Below, piece after piece: positions 21,317 through 24,000 of a DNA stretch of 24,000 bases. Within the stretch, counting starts at the first letter, position 1. Every line of letters starts with the position of its first letter. The DNA comes from an uncultured Clostridia bacterium. Lineage in GTDB: Bacteria; Bacillota; Clostridia; Christensenellales; UBA1242. The stretch spans positions 5,656 through 29,655 of the forward strand of contig CAMENR010000001.1 in assembly GCA_945928645.1 (NCBI GenBank), in the 5' to 3' direction. The notes beneath the pieces are model-generated. The model was not told the DNA's origin. It worked only from the letters and a program-made list of their open reading frames with translations, and searched no databases. The translations under genes and the position numbers were made by a program.

Positions 21317-22477
21317 ATGAAGTTAAATAATAAAAGGGTTTTTGTATTAACATTCTTATTGATATTAGTTGCGACAATTGTTGCAAATAACTGTATTTTG
21401 CAGAAGTCAGTAATATTTGCATCTACAACCAATGTATCATCTTCGGCAAAAGCGATGATTGTAATAGAAACTTCTCAAGGGAAGGTTTTATACGCAAAAA
21501 ATGAAAACGAAAAATTGCCAATGGCTAGCACAACAAAAATAGTTACAGCTTTAACTGTGATAGAAAATGTTGATGATATAGACAAATTGGTCACTGTGCC
21601 AAAAAAGGCAACATTGGTGGAAGGAAGTTCAATTTATTTAAGAGAAAATGAGCAACTGACCATAAAGCAACTCTTGTATGGCCTTATGCTTCAATCTGGC
21701 AACGATGCAGCGCTAACCTTGGCTTTGGAGGTGGGCAAGGGTAGTGTAGAAGCCTTTGCAGATATGATGAATGAAACAGCATTAAAATGTGGTTGCAAGG
21801 ATAGTCATTTTGTAACTCCACATGGGCTGGACGATAAGGAACATTTTACTACAGCAGGCGATTTGGCAAAAATTACGGCAGTTGCACTAAAAAATTCTGT
21901 TTTTAGAGAGATTGTTTCTTGCCAAAAATATATCATTCGTGCCAGTGAGCATAACTCTGCTAGAACATTGATAAACAAAAATAAATTATTAAAGAGCCTT
22001 GACGGGTGCATTGGGGTAAAGACTGGTTACACCAAAAAATCTGGTAGGTGCTTAGTTTCTGCTTGCAACAGAGGGGGAATGGAAGTGGTTTGCGTAGTGT
22101 TGAATTGTGGTCCAATGTTTGAGGAAAGTATGGAACTAATAAATAAAGCTTATGAGGAATATAGGCAATATGACATAATATCCAAATACAAAGTAGTAGA
22201 CAATATAACGGTGGATAATGGAGAGAATGCAACCACTAGGATATTCCACAAAAACGGATTTTCGGTGGTATGCAAAAAAGGTGATGAAGACAGATATACA
22301 GTAAAGTATGATTATCCATCTATTTGCAAAGCACCTATTCAAAAAGGACAAAAAATTGGAGAAGTTAAAATTTATTTTGATAATGACTTGATTTTTGTTG
22401 ACGATTTGTGTAGTATTGAAGATGTAAAGGTGATTAAGCCAGAAACAAAAATTCAAGACATATTGGAAAAATGGTAA
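21317..22477 (+). CDS. D-alanyl-D-alanine carboxypeptidase (peptidase S11, PBP5-type; DacB/DacF-like)
   Basis: 386 aa with an N-terminal signal/anchor. The active-site motifs are SxxK (MASTTK), SxN (QSGND) and KTG (VKTGYT), and a C-terminal PBP5_C-like domain is present. DacB and DacF cannot be told apart from sequence by eye. Confidence 0.9.
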   Translation: MKLNNKRVFVLTFLLILVATIVANNCILQKSVIFASTTNVSSSAKAMIVIETSQGKVLYAKNENEKLPMASTTKIVTALTVIENVDDIDKLVTVPKKATLVEGSSIYLRENEQLTIKQLLYGLMLQSGNDAALTLALEVGKGSVEAFADMMNETALKCGCKDSHFVTPHGLDDKEHFTTAGDLAKITAVALKNSVFREIVSCQKYIIRASEHNSARTLINKNKLLKSLDGCIGVKTGYTKKSGRCLVSACNRGGMEVVCVVLNCGPMFEESMELINKAYEEYRQYDIISKYKVVDNITVDNGENATTRIFHKNGFSVVCKKGDEDRYTVKYDYPSICKAPIQKGQKIGEVKIYFDNDLIFVDDLCSIEDVKVIKPETKIQDILEKW

Positions 22478-22478
22478 A

Positions 22479-23207
22479 ATGATGAGAATAAACAAATACA
22501 TTGCACAATCAGGTTTGTGCTCTAGAAGAAAAGCAGAAAAACTAATAGAAGAAGGCCTAGTGCAAGTAAATGGCAAAAAGGTAATAGAATTGTCAACTGT
22601 TGTAGACGAAAGGAAAGATGTTGTTCTAGTTGATGGGCAGAAGATAACCCCTGCAGACGAAAAGGTTTATTATATGCTCAACAAACCTAAGGGTTATGTT
22701 ACATCTCTTTCTGACGACAGAAATAGGAAGTCTGTAATGGATTTGATATCTTCTGTGGATAGAAGGATATATCCAGTGGGAAGACTGGACTACGAAAGTG
22801 AAGGGCTTTTGCTCCTTACCAATGACGGAGATATGACATACAAACTAACACACCCAAAGTATGAAATTCCAAAGACGTATATTGTTAAGGTTGAGGGAGA
22901 GATAAAGGAAAGTGAATTGGCTGTTTTGCGAGCAGGGGTTGTTATTGATGGCGAAAGATATGGCAAGTGCAAAGCAAAACTTGTTAGATTCGAAAAAGGA
23001 CTTTCCAAAATTGAAATGACAATTTATGAGGGCAAAAACAGAGAAATAAGAAAGATGTTTGATGCCATAGGCAGACAGGTGCAGTTTTTGAAGAGGACAA
23101 ATTTTGCTGGTCTGAGATTAGGTGGACTTAAGCGTGGGGAACTTCGACCACTTAAAAGTTATGAGATAGATTATCTAAAATCTCTTACCAACAACCTTAT
23201 AAAATAA
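22479..23207 (+). CDS. rluB: Pseudouridine synthase, RsuA/RluB family (S4 domain + catalytic domain)
   Basis: 242 aa with an S4 domain (RINKYIAQSGLCSRRKAEKLIEEGLVQVNGK) and the catalytic Asp motif (VGRLDYESEGLLLLTNDG). It starts 1 nt after the carboxypeptidase stop. Confidence 0.9.
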   Translation: MMRINKYIAQSGLCSRRKAEKLIEEGLVQVNGKKVIELSTVVDERKDVVLVDGQKITPADEKVYYMLNKPKGYVTSLSDDRNRKSVMDLISSVDRRIYPVGRLDYESEGLLLLTNDGDMTYKLTHPKYEIPKTYIVKVEGEIKESELAVLRAGVVIDGERYGKCKAKLVRFEKGLSKIEMTIYEGKNREIRKMFDAIGRQVQFLKRTNFAGLRLGGLKRGELRPLKSYEIDYLKSLTNNLIK

Positions 23208-23212
23208 TTACT

Positions 23213-23248
23213 AAGTCTATTTGAAATTTATTCAAATGGACTTTTTTA
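23213..23248 (+). terminator. Rho-independent terminator after rluB
   Basis: AAGTCTATTTGAA (23213-23225) pairs with TTCAAATGGACTT (23231-23243), giving 13 bp with one G-U pair and the loop ATTTA. A T-run follows at 23242-23247. Confidence 0.85.
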
Positions 23249-23305
23249 TCAAAATTTTGAAATAAATACTTTATATTATCACTTGTATATGTTAAAATAT
23301 AATAT

Positions 23306-24000
23306 ATGGATATTATCATTATAGGTGGCGGAGCAAGTGGAATGATGTGTGCTACAACTTGCTCTGAAAATAGCAATTGCCACATAACTCTTTTGGAGAA
23401 AAATGAAAAATTAGGTAAAAAGTTGTATATAACGGGTAAAGGACGTTGCAATGTTACCAATTTATGTGACGCAAGCACCTTTTTGCAAAACGTTGTAGTA
23501 GGAAATAAATTTTTATATTCTGCAATAAATTCCTTCCCACCACAAAGCACTGTTAATTTTTTTGAAAAAAATGGAACTCCTATAAAAATAGAAAGGGGGA
23601 GGAGGGCTTTTCCAAAGAGTAATAAGGCAAGTGATATAACAAGAACTTTTGAAAGATTATTGAAGAAAAGAAATGTAGAGATAGTTTATAATTGTGATGT
23701 TTGCAAAATAGAAAAAAATAATTCTAGATTTATTTTATACACATCAAAAGGGAAATTAGAATGTGATCTGTTGGTTATAGCAACTGGGGGCAAATCTTAT
23801 CCAATCACAGGCTCTACGGGAGATGGGTATTCATTTGCAAGACAATTTGGGCATAAAATTATAGAACCAAAACCAGCTCTTGTCCCTATACTACTAAAGG
23901 ATTATGATGGAAGTTTGGCAGGGTTAACTCTAAAAAATGTAAAAGCGACCATAATCCCAAAAGGTCAAAAGAATATAAAAGCAAAAAACCTTGAGCAATT
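23306..24000 (+). CDS. NAD(P)/FAD-dependent oxidoreductase, HI0933/YhiN (BaiN-like) flavoprotein family; 3' end beyond the window
   Basis: This ORF is open to the window end, so it is absent from the ORF track. It begins MDIIIIGGGASGMMCATT (Rossmann GxGxxG) ...LLEKNEKLGKKLYITGKGRCNVTN...FPKSNKASDI...LVIATGGKSYPITGSTGDGYSFARQFGH, which is the typical HI0933-like signature. An in-frame TAA lies 3 nt upstream of the ATG, which fixes the start. Confidence 0.85.
   Translation, partial: MDIIIIGGGASGMMCATTCSENSNCHITLLEKNEKLGKKLYITGKGRCNVTNLCDASTFLQNVVVGNKFLYSAINSFPPQSTVNFFEKNGTPIKIERGRRAFPKSNKASDITRTFERLLKKRNVEIVYNCDVCKIEKNNSRFILYTSKGKLECDLLVIATGGKSYPITGSTGDGYSFARQFGHKIIEPKPALVPILLKDYDGSLAGLTLKNVKATIIPKGQKNIKAKNLEQ

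Overview
AT-rich, gene-dense chromosomal segment; by eye GC is in the mid-30s percent (not computed). I count 26 protein genes, two of them cut by the window edges, and every convincing one is on the + strand. The gene content and order indicate an endospore-forming low-GC Firmicute with Clostridia-type synteny. The order is: rplT (3' end), trmH-like, efp | spoIIIAA-AH (all eight genes) | asp23-like, nusB, xseA, xseB, proS | small membrane protein | argR | recN | accessory surface protein | HD hydrolase, polA | SLT lytic transglycosylase | ytfI-like, gerW/ytfJ, DD-carboxypeptidase, rluB | HI0933/YhiN-type flavoprotein (3' truncated). Six rho-independent terminators split this into plausible transcription units. 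I saw no rRNA, tRNA, CRISPR array, transposase, integrase, toxin-antitoxin pair or recognisable defence module. The minus-strand ORFs in the track all look like shadow ORFs of the + strand genes. I do not see a convincing new multi-gene system here. Most of the window is conserved housekeeping and sporulation core genome. The one clearly accessory locus lies at about 14.2-16.4 kb, exactly where the conserved recN-spoIVB-spo0A synteny is broken. It holds five degenerate ~36-bp tandem repeats followed by a 590-aa membrane-anchored protein that combines a Listeria-Bacteroides repeat, unassigned central regions and DUF285/BspA-type leucine-rich repeats. Smaller points worth a second look are: three phased ARG-box-like sites over the argR promoter; a structured ~150-nt RNA candidate after spoIIIAH; a CNNM/DUF21-like membrane protein with no cytosolic domains; proS joined to the xse operon with no T-box; and several first-in-operon genes with no Shine-Dalgarno sequence that may be leaderless. 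All homology calls come from reading the translations and recalling family motifs. No searches were run.
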